Below are positions 25,582-36,613 of a stretch of DNA of 64,000 bases, piece by piece (the first letter of the stretch is position 1; every line of letters begins with the position of its first letter). The stretch comes from Flectonema sp. DT1601 (lineage: Eukaryota). The stretch is from NCBI GenBank assembly GCA_964019425.1, contig OZ025783.1:992001-1056000 (forward strand), in the 5' to 3' direction. The notes beneath the pieces are model-generated. The model made no database searches. It had not been told where the DNA came from and saw only the letters and a list, made by a program, of their open reading frames with translations. The position numbers and the translations under genes are program-made.

Positions 25582-26622
25582 TGAACCAGAACCTTTGTCA
25601 TTTTCGTAAAACATCTCTCCGTCAAAGAAGAGTAGCATAACCTTTTCCTTTTATTACCAAACGCAATTATACCTTGACATTGTGACAAGAAGGCAGAAAG
25701 AAATATTCTTCAACCAAACACCAATGTCCAGAGTTCACTTCTTCTCAAGTTAGACGGCTACGGTTCTGTGGTGAGATGTAATAAGTCAAGGCCACAAACC
25801 AAACCAAATGCTTAAAAGAAATTCTCTTCAATTCTTTGTAATGGAACAGCAAAAAACAAAAAAAAACAGCTAAAATATTTTTTGTACCTTTTATACCGTC
25901 CTTTCAATTTTCACGACAACCGTTTTAGTTATCTCAAAGTTAGTCGCCGTTAGGCAGGGTCTTCGAACCGTTCATAATGTACAAGAAAAAAAGAACGAGA
26001 AAAATAGAAAGAATCGTCCACCAACAGGAAATGCTCGCAGCACATCAATAAAAATTATTTAACTTCTCCGACAAATTCCCAGCTAAGTATTGTGCCAGGG
26101 TAACGCTACGACATATTGAGAGAATCGTACCACAAAATATTTCTGAACTCAGAAAGTGTCGTGTGTGTGCGACTAGCGATAATTTCATATAAACCTTGAG
26201 GGAAAGAACTCCGATTTCCGAATACAGTGGTCAGGGAAAGTAGAAGAAAGTATCTTCATTCGAATTTCAAAACGGTAACTCGTTGTGTCATAAAAGACTA
26301 CCACCTTATTCAAGAACATAACACAGTGTCAACATATCCGGTAACAGCAACAAAAAGAAAAGTGGGGGAGGGTTTTTTCGCACTAACGTATAATAAATAA
26401 TTTTCAGAAATTCCCAAAAAGGAAGAAGGATAAATTATAAACACACGCACGTTGCCAGCAACTAAATGTTTGCTCGGGAGAAAAGGAAATTAGTCGAATT
26501 ATGAAAAGTAAAGAAAAGGAGGGGAAAAGAGGGGGGAAAAAAAAAAAAAAAAAAAAAAACAGATGACAAACTACCAAATCTTCTTCAATAGCAAGTGACC
26601 GCAATATTTTTTTTCGATTTGC

Positions 26623-29600
26623 TTACCATCCGATTTCGGAGTCGAGCGCCTTAAAGGCGTCCTCTGTGCTGTCAGTAGTAGGCACCTCAGCTGCTTTGGT
26701 GCTGTACTCAGCCACGTATGTTTTTATATTAAGCCTGTTGGTAGTTATTGGTGTTAAGGAGTTATGCTTCACATATGTTAATAAAGTACAGTATGTAGGT
26801 ATCAACACTACTAATGAAGTAAACATAAGATAAAATGTAATAGGATTCCTGGTATGACTTGAGAGATGGATACGAACCAAGTTTCTATTATAACATAAAA
26901 AGGTTTAGAACTTGAGGAGAAATTCATAAACCTGAGACAGTAAGCCAATCGCTTACAGGATGGTGAAGACTAGAACACAATAGCTGTGATGATCAGACGA
27001 GACAGCACGACAGGAGAACGAATCCCAGCGACAAGCCCTCAAAACACAGAGGCACAAGGAAGTTTATTAAAATCAAAACAAAGCTCTCCTTCAAATGAGG
27101 CACCCCAATCAAGCCCTCAAATCAAGGAGGCACAAAGAAGATCAACGGTGATTATGAATGGACCACCACCGAAACTCAACAAGGAGCATTTTAATTGCAA
27201 GATCCTCCAGCCAACTGATGACCTCAACAGCAAGACCAATGGAATTATACTCTCATTGGCCCAACAAGGAAGAAGCCTGGACGAACAATACTTCGAAAAG
27301 GCCAGCAAAACGAAGCAGCTGACGATGGTGTTCACACGACCACCTCCAAAACGTGCCCTACAACACGCAACTGACTGCAGTCAGATACAGGCACCTGTCC
27401 AGTTTGATGGACAATTAAGAATAAGGAGCTGGTGGTTCGTTGCTATGTCTGGCACGATCCACCGTCCAACTCTAACGATCGCCAAGAAGATCAATCCACC
27501 GGTGACCCACGAATTAATTGCGTGGATGACAACTAAAGAGTTGACCAAGTCACAGGTCCGAAACCCAACAGCTGTAACAGCAATTGTCAAAGCTGTTGTG
27601 GCACAACACGGAAGAGTCGATCAACGTTCCTACAGATACGTTGAAAAAGACTTTGTGGAGCTCACAGTTCTACCGAACGACGTAGACGCAGCTCTATCAC
27701 TGCTAACTCCGGTATAGGAAATGTTTATTTCCGGATTAAATCAGCGGCGGGACTCACCACCAAACATGGCAAGTTAGGATTGAGGGTAGTTTATCAAAAG
27801 GATGTTGATAAAGTTAGAAAGGGTGCTGGTAAATATGCATCCACAGTATTTGGCGAAGGGCTTCACCGTCTCAGTGGAGCACCATACAGCTGGGGCAACA
27901 GACTTCGGAACATCCTATTGGAGATAGGACTGAAGTCGAAGTTTATAGGATGGATTGAGGTGACTTTATCATCGCACTGGACAAGAAACCAGAATCAAGG
28001 TTTGTACAGTGTGGTGATAAAGTCGTGTTGAAAGACGGAATGAATCCGAGGCAAGCAGCCTACAAACGAGGACGGGATTCCATTGAAAATCTCTGTATAG
28101 TTACAGATAAACTAAAAAGTGCCAAGGCAATGGGAGAAGAAGCGATATTAATCACCTTCGACCTACAAAAAGCCTTCGATGCAGTTCAACCAGTAACTCT
28201 TCTAAATAAGATGTCCAAAATAGGACTACCAACGAAATATCTACGGTGGGTTCAAAACTACTTGACTAGTAGGAAGATTTCAACAAGGGTGAATGGAGTG
28301 AAGGGAGCATTCCGGAACATTCGAGTAGGAGTGCCACAAGGAAGCGTGCTGGGACCCCAGTTATTCTCTATCTTCATAAACGATTTGATAGATAAACTAG
28401 AGATGTACGAACCGACTGTCTTTGCAGATGATGTTGGAATAGTAATAACCGCGGACACTGTCAGCTTTTTAGAAAACAAGGTTAACAACGCAGTCAAAAT
28501 ATTTGAAAGGTGGGCACTTGACTCACACATCAAAATCAATAAGAACCCTGACAAGACGGAATACATCCACGTGAGGCCAAGTGGAACTCATAAGCCCAGA
28601 CAAGTCCCTAGTAGTGGTATACTCTGGAACACACATTTAAATATGTGGTGGCCACGGCAGAACAAATGAGTAACCTTGTGAAGGATGATAACTCAACAAC
28701 TGTAGTTTCAAAAGAAGAATTCGCCATCACCCACCTGTATGTCGTTCCAAAACACAAGATCAAAGTCAAGCTACCGAACAAACCGGCGGTACTGAAAACA
28801 ATGAAGATGAGTGCCCGCTTCTCACAACTGATGAAAGTCCACGTACATTATGATGAGAAGTTAACCTTCAAGTCGCAAATTCAAAAGATGATGACTACTG
28901 CGTCCAAGGGCTTGCTGGTTAGACTCACCAGGATAGGCTGCAGAAAGAGGACACTCATCAGTATACTGGTGACGGTGGTGTTAGCAAGGGTGCTTTATGG
29001 TGTTGAAAGCTTTGCTTGGATGCTACCAAAAGAGTGCTTCGAACAACTGGAATTACTGGTAAACAGGGCAGTGAGGCTGGTAACTGGATGTCTGCGGAGC
29101 ACCAAACTACGGAGACTCTACAAAGAAGCCGACACGCCAAGACTAAAGGAACACATCCAGTATAAGATGTGTAGAACCTATGAATGTTTCAAATTAAGTC
29201 CGTTCCTGCCGACTCGCAAGCTGACGAGAACAGGGAGTTCAGAACTCTATCAAAAATCAAAATGGGGATGGAATGTCTGGATAGACTATGTCTCTGGTGT
29301 CCCTGGACTTGACAATTACCGGAGCATTACCAACCTGGAAGTGAACCCAGAACACTACACTCTCCCTCCATGGAAAAGTACTAATGCGATGAGATTCACA
29401 TATCCAAGCAACAAGGAAGAGTCTGAACAGCGAGAAACTGAACTACCAACTTACGAGATGAAAGTCTACACTGACGGGTCGATAAAACACAAACCCAAGA
29501 CTTACATGACAGACTCGGCTGCCGCTGTGGTCATGGTTAACGAAAGCAAGATGCGCCTACTTGGATATAAAATACCAGTAGCGGGATCCTCTTATAGGAC

Positions 29601-31428
29601 CGAGCAGATTGCAGTAAAACTGGCGTTGGAAAATTTAGTTCAGGTGGCGGATGAACATGAATCTCTAACAACAACGACGCACTTGTTGACTGATTCAATG
29701 TCAGTCATGCAGGCATTGGAACAAGGGCCATATAAACAAAGCTCCTCAGTGAACAAGAAGATCTGGAAGTTGGCAATGAAACTGGAGAAGAAGGGAATCC
29801 AAGTCAACATGCAGTATGTACCGGCACACGAAACGTGCGGTACAACGAAGTAGCAGACCAACTGGCGAAATTCGCTGCAGGCCTGAAGGAAGATCCACCT
29901 CACAAAGATGTTATTATTAAACAAGGGAAGCGTAGCCGAATTGCGTGAGCAGATGCAAGTTGCGAGTGCTGGAACACTAAAACATGAAAAACATAAAATA
30001 AAATCCAACTACATACCTAGCAGAACCCTCAGTCATACCTCTAAACCAAGGGTGAACTAATAGCTCCTCCACAGGAGGTCGATCAGAAGCATTTTTACTG
30101 ACGCACAGTTTGTAGAAATTGAGAGCTTCTCTACTACAGTTCATATCATCAAGTGATGGTGGTTGTCCTTCTACAATCGAAAATACTGGAGCACCAACAC
30201 CACTGTAAGGATGTTTTCCAGAGAAGAGGAAATACATAACTAAACCTAAAGACCACGTATCACTTGGATAGCTGTATGGGATTCTACAACACCTTTCAGG
30301 ACTCATGTATAAGATAGTTCCCGTGTAAGTCATTGCGATGTTGTTACTTTTTGATATATTCCCTGACGAAGATCCGAAGTCAGACACCTTCACATGTCCT
30401 TCATTATTAAATAATATATTAGCTGGTTTCACATCTCTGTGTATAATTCTTCTTTCAACATGAAGGTATTTCAGAGCCTTTAATACTTGCCAAACTGTAG
30501 ACTTTACACATATCTCAGACATTGGTCCAACCTCTTGGACAACATGTCCAACCGATTGTGTCATTCTTTCCATTGCGACCATGCAAGTTCCATGCTCATA
30601 AAACGATCCATGAAATCCAATAATGTAAGGACACTTGTTATCAAATAAAGTTGTTAATTCCTTAGAGACTTCCTCCATGTGTTGTTGTTCTTGAGCTTTC
30701 ATAAGCTTCAGTGCAACCTCTGTACCTGTTGGTTTGTGAACAACTGAAAATACTTCTCCTGAGACACCAGCACCAAGTTTTATTTTATTATCAAGGTCTA
30801 AGTCTGAAAGATGTTCAATAATCTTATTAGTATCAAAGTTACACATTCTTTTATTAAGTGGAGGGGCAGATGCAACCTTTGCACCCTCAGTTCCAATAAC
30901 AAAAGATCCTACCTGGAGTCGTAAGGAGTCAGTGACACCAGCTTTTATTTTTGGTTTTGGTGGTAAGTCAGCTATGCTTGACGCAGTTGTTTCGTGTGCC
31001 ATCCAAGCAAACATATCTTCATTCGCACTTCCTTCATTATTCTTAGCTTTTGACAGTTGGTCAACAATAAGTTGTTCCATAACGCTCATTGATTTTCTTG
31101 GTTCTCCGAGACCTAAGACGGAGCGGAGTTTCGCTCGTGATGAGATACAATCTGGTCCCTTTTTAACTTTCTCATCGAATTTGAGTAAAACATCATGCAT
31201 GTTATGTTTACTAAGGTATTCCCTTAATAACGCCTGAACCACATTATCAACTTCCGAGTCATCAACAGAAACATCATTCGACATATTTAATGAACTTAAG
31301 TCAAACTGAGGTATGTACCTTCCATCATTTATCTCCTCGTCTTCAAGTTCTGGTGGTAGGTCGGGTATTCCTTCTGCTTCACCCCCTAAAGGGATTAGCA
31401 TCTTCATGTTTAGTGGTCGTCTTTTCAT
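26623..31428 (-). CDS. MAP kinase kinase (STE7/MEK family) with N-terminal docking motif and LisH-like domain, ~507 aa; exons 31428-30017 and 26734-26623
   Basis: MKRRPLNMKMLIP D-site; LGAGVSGEV, VALK, CPYIIGFHGSF, HRDVKPANIL, DFG..TYTGTILYMSPER. A GTATGT donor at 30016 and CAACAG acceptor at 26735 join in frame (AG|G = Arg) to LNIKTYVAEY...SEIGW*. Confidence 0.88.
26735..30016 (-). other. MAPKK intron, 3282 nt, enlarged by a retrotransposon
   Basis: Same donor and acceptor style as the other introns; phase 2 matches on both sides. Confidence 0.8.
26940..29976 (+). mobile_element. Decayed non-LTR retrotransposon (I/Ingi-like group): ORF1-like region, RT, RNase H; frameshifted, internally deleted, 3'-truncated; boundaries approximate
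   Basis: RT motifs QAAYKRGRDS, FDLQKAFDAV, GVPQGSVLGPQLF, FADD; RNase H YTDGS, SYRTEQIA, LTDSMS, YVPAH then, after a frameshift, NEVADQLAK. Frameshifts near 26980, 27710, 27958, 28650 and 29830. Only plus-strand coding region, with a purine-rich composition shift. Confidence 0.92.
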
Positions 31429-33167
31429 TTTTTGTTTTTTATGATATTATTTGAGTGTAATCCTGTGGAGTGATTGATTTATAACTTTTTTTTTTTTTTT
31501 TCCCCTCCAAGTTTTTCGAGTTAAAATGCTGATCGCCTTCTCATATATTTTTTTGCTGTGAGAGAAACAAAAAAGATTAGATTGCAACGCAAAACCTTTC
31601 TGTCAAGTCGTCTGTGGATACACAATAACGTGAAGAAGTAAAGCTTGTTTAGGGGAAACAACCCTTTCGTTGGCTTTATTAGTACAACAGCTCATTAAGA
31701 AAAAATACTATTGCTGATGCGTATGTACGACTTGTGTATCACAACTCATCTTTTAATGAAAAATAAAAAAAGGAATACAAGAAGAACAGCGGAGGGAAAA
31801 CCGATATTTATTTTTCGTTTTTTATTGTAATATTTGTCCCTAAACTAAAAAAATAGTTGTTTTTTTTTTTTTTTTTTTTATGAATATTGAAGCAGAGGCA
31901 GTTGGTACACCGCAAAGTGCTACCTGATACTAAGACTTGTTGCCAAAAAAAAAAAAAAAAAACGATTTCAGTTTATATGAACTTTTTTTAACTGTTATAA
32001 TGCAGGATTGAGGTATTGAACCTGCCATAAGAACAAGACTTTAAATCTACCACCCAAAAAAAAAAAACACAAACGATAAATAAATAATAAGCGGTGAAAC
32101 TGATTTAATACTAAAAAAAAAAAGGGATTTTGGATATTGAAGATAACTACAAGTAACTGACTATGATTGATCTCACCAAAGGATGACTCTTCTTCCATTT
32201 ATAAAATGGGTAGAACAGAAAAGTGAAACCAACATGAATATAAAAAAAGGAATTGCACAAACCAACTTAACGCAACGAAATGTGAATTCGAGACGTAAAC
32301 CAACCCAAACAAGTCACAACACAAGAAAAGAAACATAAATAAATATTAAAAAAATTGAATTTCTGAACCAGAAGATATCTTCTACACAGCACCGCAACGA
32401 TGCACTACTTTTGCTTGGCTATAAAACCTTTTAGTCTAGAATTCGAATAGGGCTAAAAATAAATAGTGATAGGGAATCACCTCAAATTCAATCACCCGGG
32501 TGTACATTCAAAAGCTGCTGTGATACACGAGATTAAATAACAACGGAAAGAAAGGGGGGGGAAAAAATGGTGAGTGAACCCATCTGTACATTCTCGTTGC
32601 GATAGTATTTCTATGCTGAACCAATGTGTCATTGTGTTCCTTGACACTAGGTGTGAAAAAAAGAATTGGCTTTTAATCAAAACTATACCGTTATGTTTTG
32701 TTCGTGTAAACCTTGAATTGACTGTAATAGATAACTGACGGAGGTTTTACGTGTGTTGCCCAACATTCATTTTAGCTCTTACAATACATTGTTAATGCAA
32801 AAAGAATAAACAGGAAAGGAAAATTAAAAATAACAGAATATTTTTCGCATCTGGGTTTGATGCTGACAACGCTTACCCCTAATAAGTTTGAGAAGCTCGT
32901 CACAAAAAAACAAATTGGTTGGTAGCGAAAACCAAAACTCTTTTTTTTTTGAAAAATTAAATCGGAAGAAAACTACGGCTGGGATTTTACCCGTTTTTTA
33001 ATGAGTGACTTCACCAGTTGACCGCAGGTATATGTTCGTTGTTTGTATCAGCCTTTTTTTGATAAAGACAAAAGTGGACCACTTATAAAACACCCAGACT
33101 TGTTTTATATTATTAAGTGAATTAACAAAAATCGATTATAGAGAAAAATAAAAATAAAATTGACTAC

Positions 33168-33797
33168 TTAAAATAAACATATCCCACAATACTGAGCGAG
33201 GCATCCATGATGACAAAGGTTTGAGACGGTTCGAACAGGAGGTTGATTACTTGGTGATGGTTCATCACTGATAGAAGTAAAGTCCTCATCAGAGTCGATG
33301 TCAGAGTGGTCTGTTTCATTGAGATCAGAGCTCCATGAACCACAGAGTCGTTTCCAATCACGTTCTGTTATCGCAACACGTGAATCAAGTGTTTTATTAT
33401 AAATTACAAAGTTTGGTTTCCTCGTCCGCTTGTGAAGTTTTTTTAACTCAATCCAAAAAGCCTTCGAAATGGCTAACGAAACTCCATAGTTCTCAATCTC
33501 CATCACATAAGGATTGACTTCCCTGAATGTCGCAAGGTATGCGAATAACCATCTGTTTCCTACTTCACATACTCCACCAGTACTGCTCCTTATTTCAAAC
33601 ATTGGTCCTTCTTTAGAGCGATCATCTCTACCGGCTGCTTGTTGAATCTGACCCCAGAAAGTATCATCCGTGTGGATAGCATTTCTCTTTTTTATAATGT
33701 CACTCGGAAGTCCATCTTTTTCGAGATTCACATCAAACTGTTCCGCATCCCTTCCAAGCGGATCGAATCGTCGAATTTCCGGAAATACTTCTTTCAT
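33168..33797 (-). CDS. Hypothetical protein, 209 aa, acidic patch and Cys/His-rich C-terminus
   Basis: ORF on the cluster strand with coding-like composition and a CAACAG acceptor just upstream of the ATG. Confidence 0.7.
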   Translation of the reverse strand: MKEVFPEIRRFDPLGRDAEQFDVNLEKDGLPSDIIKKRNAIHTDDTFWGQIQQAAGRDDRSKEGPMFEIRSSTGGVCEVGNRWLFAYLATFREVNPYVMEIENYGVSLAISKAFWIELKKLHKRTRKPNFVIYNKTLDSRVAITERDWKRLCGSWSSDLNETDHSDIDSDEDFTSISDEPSPSNQPPVRTVSNLCHHGCLAQYCGICLF

Positions 33798-34036
33798 AGG
33801 ATGTCACTGTTGTGTAATTAAAGAAATTATTATATCAAATCAAGAGAAACACAACTCTGACATGTGAACTCCTCCCAACTTCCATAAATTAAGTTGTTTT
33901 ATTATTCTGTAGTGAAAACAAGATTACCAATCGTATCTGAACTCTCCTAAAGTAGAATAGCGGCATGAGATGCCGTTATATGAAGGCCGTCTTGCGGTTA
34001 TGTTTAAGTGATTGAGAATGACGTAAAGTAATAATA

Positions 34037-36613
34037 TTAGTCAAGGTCGACATCCATCGGTGAAGAGTCTTCAGTATTATTATTGGATTCATTATTGGTT
34101 TCCAAGACTGTTGCAATATCAATAACACCTAACAGTGAGTCTGCTGGTTCCCAACTACCATTCTTATTCTGAATGTGAACGACATTGCTTTCAATGTAAA
34201 GAAGTAACTTACCGAGTGCATAGACTTGTTTCCCGTCAACTCGCATATTTTTCTTCGGAGCAAAAACTAAATTTGCATCCTCAGCCAGTGACACGATATG
34301 TTCTCTAAGTGGTACATCTGTCGATAATAAAACATTGTCATGTGAAAGGGTTCTTCTTTTATGTTGTGTAGCAAGTTTCTCAAATGCTGTTTTGTTAACA
34401 CTATCATAGTCCCAATTACCTTCCTTAATAAATTCTCGTTGTTCCGTGTTAGCAATCCACCAATTCTGTGAAGTCAGTAATAATTTAACACAAAGTGACA
34501 ATGATATTCTTAAACCAGTAGTGAGTACTCTCGGACAAGCTGAACGGATTGACCTATAGAACAGACAAGCACCCCTAACATCAGACGAAGATCTAACATA
34601 TGAAGCTAGTACGTATATAAGTCTTGGTAATAATGACAAGTTCATAACTGTGCAAACAGCATCACGAAGTGGAGTGTCCACATCGCAGAGCTCTGGGATT
34701 TCTGAGAGCCAACTTGGAGGTGGTTTTGACGGATTGAGATTACAACTGTTGAGTCTTTTCAGAAGAGGTTTTGAAACCATTTTTTGAAATAGCTGAGGGT
34801 AGTCTCCTCCAAGCATATCCCTCCAAGGAGCAATCACAGAAGCTTTCTGAGTCAAGGTTAGAGAACTGTTACTGTACTCAGATATGAATCGATTTTTAAC
34901 TGCAATCCTTATTGGTTCATCATCTAATAAAGAAATATCTCTTCCATAACTGGTTGTCATGGTACAGGTAGGTTGCCAAACTTCCATTATGAGAGACAGT
35001 TCTGAAAGCTGATGTGTTAAAATGCTTTCAGCAACTTTGACTACGCATTGTTTTAGTAAGAAATTCTTTGATTGATTAGTTAAGTAGTACAGCCATTCTG
35101 AAATTAATTTTGATCTGCTACGATGTTCTTCAATATCACATTGTGGATTCCATTCAGTTATGTAATTTCTTAACTTTCCTCCCACAGGTGTCGTCACTAA
35201 TTTCTGAATACTTTCTAAATCACTACTTCCATCAATAGACGTAATAGTGACCCAATCCTTTAGAAATTGAATTCCCCTTCTGGGAGATTCTTCTACGTTC
35301 CAATTCGCAAAGTAATTATCGAATGATGGGTAAGCAATACTTACAAGTAGATTATTAATTTCTTGTTTGTAAGTCGCATGGACCATATTAAACTTTAATC
35401 TATTGTCATCAGAGTCTAGGAGATGTAATGAAATCATTTGTGCGATATCTGCAGGAGTTCTCTCAGCGACGGTTGATTTTTTTCGCTTTCGACGAACATC
35501 AATATCGTCGACAACCTTGTCTGATGTTTGCTTTGATTGCAACTGAATTTTTTTTAATTTCTCAATAATGAAATTGAGGCTTTCCAGAGTGGCCTCTGGA
35601 TCACCAGAACACCCTCCTCCCATTTGAGACTCAAGTATTTCTTTAGAACGGCATTCCTCAGTTAGTTTTTCATCGAGGTATTGGATTCTACGTAACACTT
35701 CCTGCTCTGAACGACGAATATGAGTGCGAAGGTCTGCTAAGAAAGGCCTTTTAAAGTCTCTTTGAGTTGTAGATGGTTTTCCTGACATGTCGACGATGGT
35801 GTCGGCTCCACCGAATGAGAAGTCGGTAGTCGGAATTATTTTTTTTTGTTTTTTGTTTTTTGCATCTTTACGAGAGATATCAATATTACGAAGAGCTAAG
35901 GGTTCATTACCATGTTGCTTCTTACCAAACATTGATAACTCTTCCTCAAGAGAAACTGGTTCACTTCGTGTTATTCCTTTAGATTCACGGTCGAGTCGTT
36001 TTTGTTGTTCTGTTAGTTCGTCGATGGAACCCAACCCAACCTTTGCTGGACGAACCTTTACATCGATTGCTTCCCTTATTCCAGTGCCATCCCTACCCAT
36101 TCCTTGACCAGGCTTCCATCCTTTCATCATCTTTAACACTTTTGATGTTGTTGAAGCTCCCAGAAAGGAGGTAACTCTCTGGGCTTCACGGGCCTCTTGT
36201 CGAGCTGTTTTTTGGGCAGGAGGAGGAGATTCCGATTTTTTCTTTGGTGATACAAACGAAACGCTGTACTTCCCAGTCTTTGGTGCTACAACTGGCTCTG
36301 GTGTTGAAGAACGAGATTCCGGTTGCGGCGATGGAGATGGTGATGGTGATAGAGATTCCTTTTTCTTCTCTTCTCCCTCCGGTAGTAATTTCGCGGCTGA
36401 CTTTACAAAGCTAATCCCTCCACTTGAGTTCTTATTTACGATTCCTGTGACTTCCTTTTTCTTACCAAACCAAGCTTGTTCCTCTTCATCCATTTCATCT
36501 GCACCTAACCATGATATGGCTGTTCCCTTTTTCGATTTCTTCTTTCTGGGTCGCATGTCTTCTTCTGCAGAGCTGCTGCTGCCGTCGTACCCCAACCCCA
36601 GCCCTGATGACAT
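34037..36613 (-). CDS. TFIP11: Tuftelin-interacting protein 11 / Ntr1-Spp382 (G-patch spliceosome disassembly factor)
   Basis: G-patch KMMKGWKPGQGMGRDGTGIREAIDVKVRPAKVGLG; ISFVKS N-terminal motif; C-terminal LAEDANLVFAPK..DGKQVYALG. Likely start MSSGLG at 36613. Confidence 0.85.
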   Translation of the reverse strand: MSSGLGLGYDGSSSSAEEDMRPRKKKSKKGTAISWLGADEMDEEEQAWFGKKKEVTGIVNKNSSGGISFVKSAAKLLPEGEEKKKESLSPSPSPSPQPESRSSTPEPVVAPKTGKYSVSFVSPKKKSESPPPAQKTARQEAREAQRVTSFLGASTTSKVLKMMKGWKPGQGMGRDGTGIREAIDVKVRPAKVGLGSIDELTEQQKRLDRESKGITRSEPVSLEEELSMFGKKQHGNEPLALRNIDISRKDAKNKKQKKIIPTTDFSFGGADTIVDMSGKPSTTQRDFKRPFLADLRTHIRRSEQEVLRRIQYLDEKLTEECRSKEILESQMGGGCSGDPEATLESLNFIIEKLKKIQLQSKQTSDKVVDDIDVRRKRKKSTVAERTPADIAQMISLHLLDSDDNRLKFNMVHATYKQEINNLLVSIAYPSFDNYFANWNVEESPRRGIQFLKDWVTITSIDGSSDLESIQKLVTTPVGGKLRNYITEWNPQCDIEEHRSRSKLISEWLYYLTNQSKNFLLKQCVVKVAESILTHQLSELSLIMEVWQPTCTMTTSYGRDISLLDDEPIRIAVKNRFISEYSNSSLTLTQKASVIAPWRDMLGGDYPQLFQKMVSKPLLKRLNSCNLNPSKPPPSWLSEIPELCDVDTPLRDAVCTVMNLSLLPRLIYVLASYVRSSSDVRGACLFYRSIRSACPRVLTTGLRISLSLCVKLLLTSQNWWIANTEQREFIKEGNWDYDSVNKTAFEKLATQHKRRTLSHDNVLLSTDVPLREHIVSLAEDANLVFAPKKNMRVDGKQVYALGKLLLYIESNVVHIQNKNGSWEPADSLLGVIDIATVLETNNESNNNTEDSSPMDVDLD

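Noticed and set aside
25940..25972. GGTTCGAA T-loop-like motif on the minus strand
   Set aside because: No D arm, anticodon arm or acceptor stem; upstream sequence is a T-rich tract.
26780..26791. CTGTACTTTATT on the minus strand, similar to the 3' end of euglenozoan spliced leaders
   Set aside because: Only 12 nt; flanks (ATA before, A after) do not match TTT...G and there is no SL RNA context.
26970..29977. Possible target-site duplication ctagaacac / ctggaacac
   Set aside because: The left copy lies inside the apparent ORF1 start (MVKTRTQ), there is one mismatch, and the element's 3' end is truncated.
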